From Felis catus (taxonomy: Eukaryota), in assembly GCF_018350175.1 (NCBI RefSeq), contig NC_058368.1, positions 153,390,001-153,454,000 of the forward strand: a DNA stretch of 64,000 nucleotides. Direction: 5' to 3'. Position numbers and translations under genes: made by a program. Each line of letters opens with the position of its first letter. Position 1 is the first letter of the stretch. Below, in pieces: positions 63,830 through 64,000 of this stretch. The notes below the pieces were generated by a model. It ran no database searches. It saw only the letters and a program-made list of their open reading frames with translations, and had not been told where the DNA came from.

Positions 63830-64000
63830 GGTGCCTGGGTGGCTCAGTCGGTTGAGTGTCCAACTTTGGCTCAGGTCATGATCTTGCAGTTTGTGGGTTT
63901 GACCCCCATGTGGGGCTCTGTGCTGTCAGCTCAGAGACTGGAGCCCGCTTCAGATTCTGTGTCTCCCTCTCTCTCTGCCCCTCCCCTGCTCGTACTCTGT
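63830..64000 (+). mobile_element. CanSINE (cut by the window edge)
   Basis: Head and body present. Confidence 0.9.

Noticed and set aside
13500..64000. Remaining 60-150 aa ORFs in the upstream region
   Set aside because: Most fall in CanSINE, L1, LTR or microsatellite sequence, and none forms a spliceable, recognisable protein.

Overview
This is mammalian nuclear DNA from a feliform carnivore, most likely a cat or another felid. The basis is the dense tRNA-derived CanSINEs carrying the feliform 'ggctccaggctctgagc' motif and young L1_Fc-like LINE-1 copies. Bases 1-~12.6 kb hold the full coding sequence of ARRDC3 (alpha-arrestin) on the minus strand: 8 exons, 1245 nt, 414 aa plus stop, all introns GT-AG. 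Its 3'UTR runs off the left edge. There is a promoter CpG island at ~12.55-12.96 kb and a second CpG island in intron 1 that probably drives an antisense lncRNA. The remaining ~51 kb has no supportable protein-coding gene and consists of CanSINEs, L1, L2, MIR, MaLR/ERVL LTRs, hAT DNA transposons, microsatellites and a few strong CTCF motifs. The most notable unannotated structures are: (i) a TSD-bounded L1 3'-transduction cassette (L1 + MER33-like fragment + poly(A) + CanSINE) at 25131-27038; (ii) two independent young L1 copies, inverted and 17 kb apart, that are 5'-truncated within about a dozen nt of each other; and (iii) an ARRDC3 5'UTR with an in-frame uORF and a hairpin-embedded start-stop codon. 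I see no evidence for a wholly new gene family or a prokaryote-type system. Repeat family names are recalled by eye and need RepeatMasker/Dfam confirmation.
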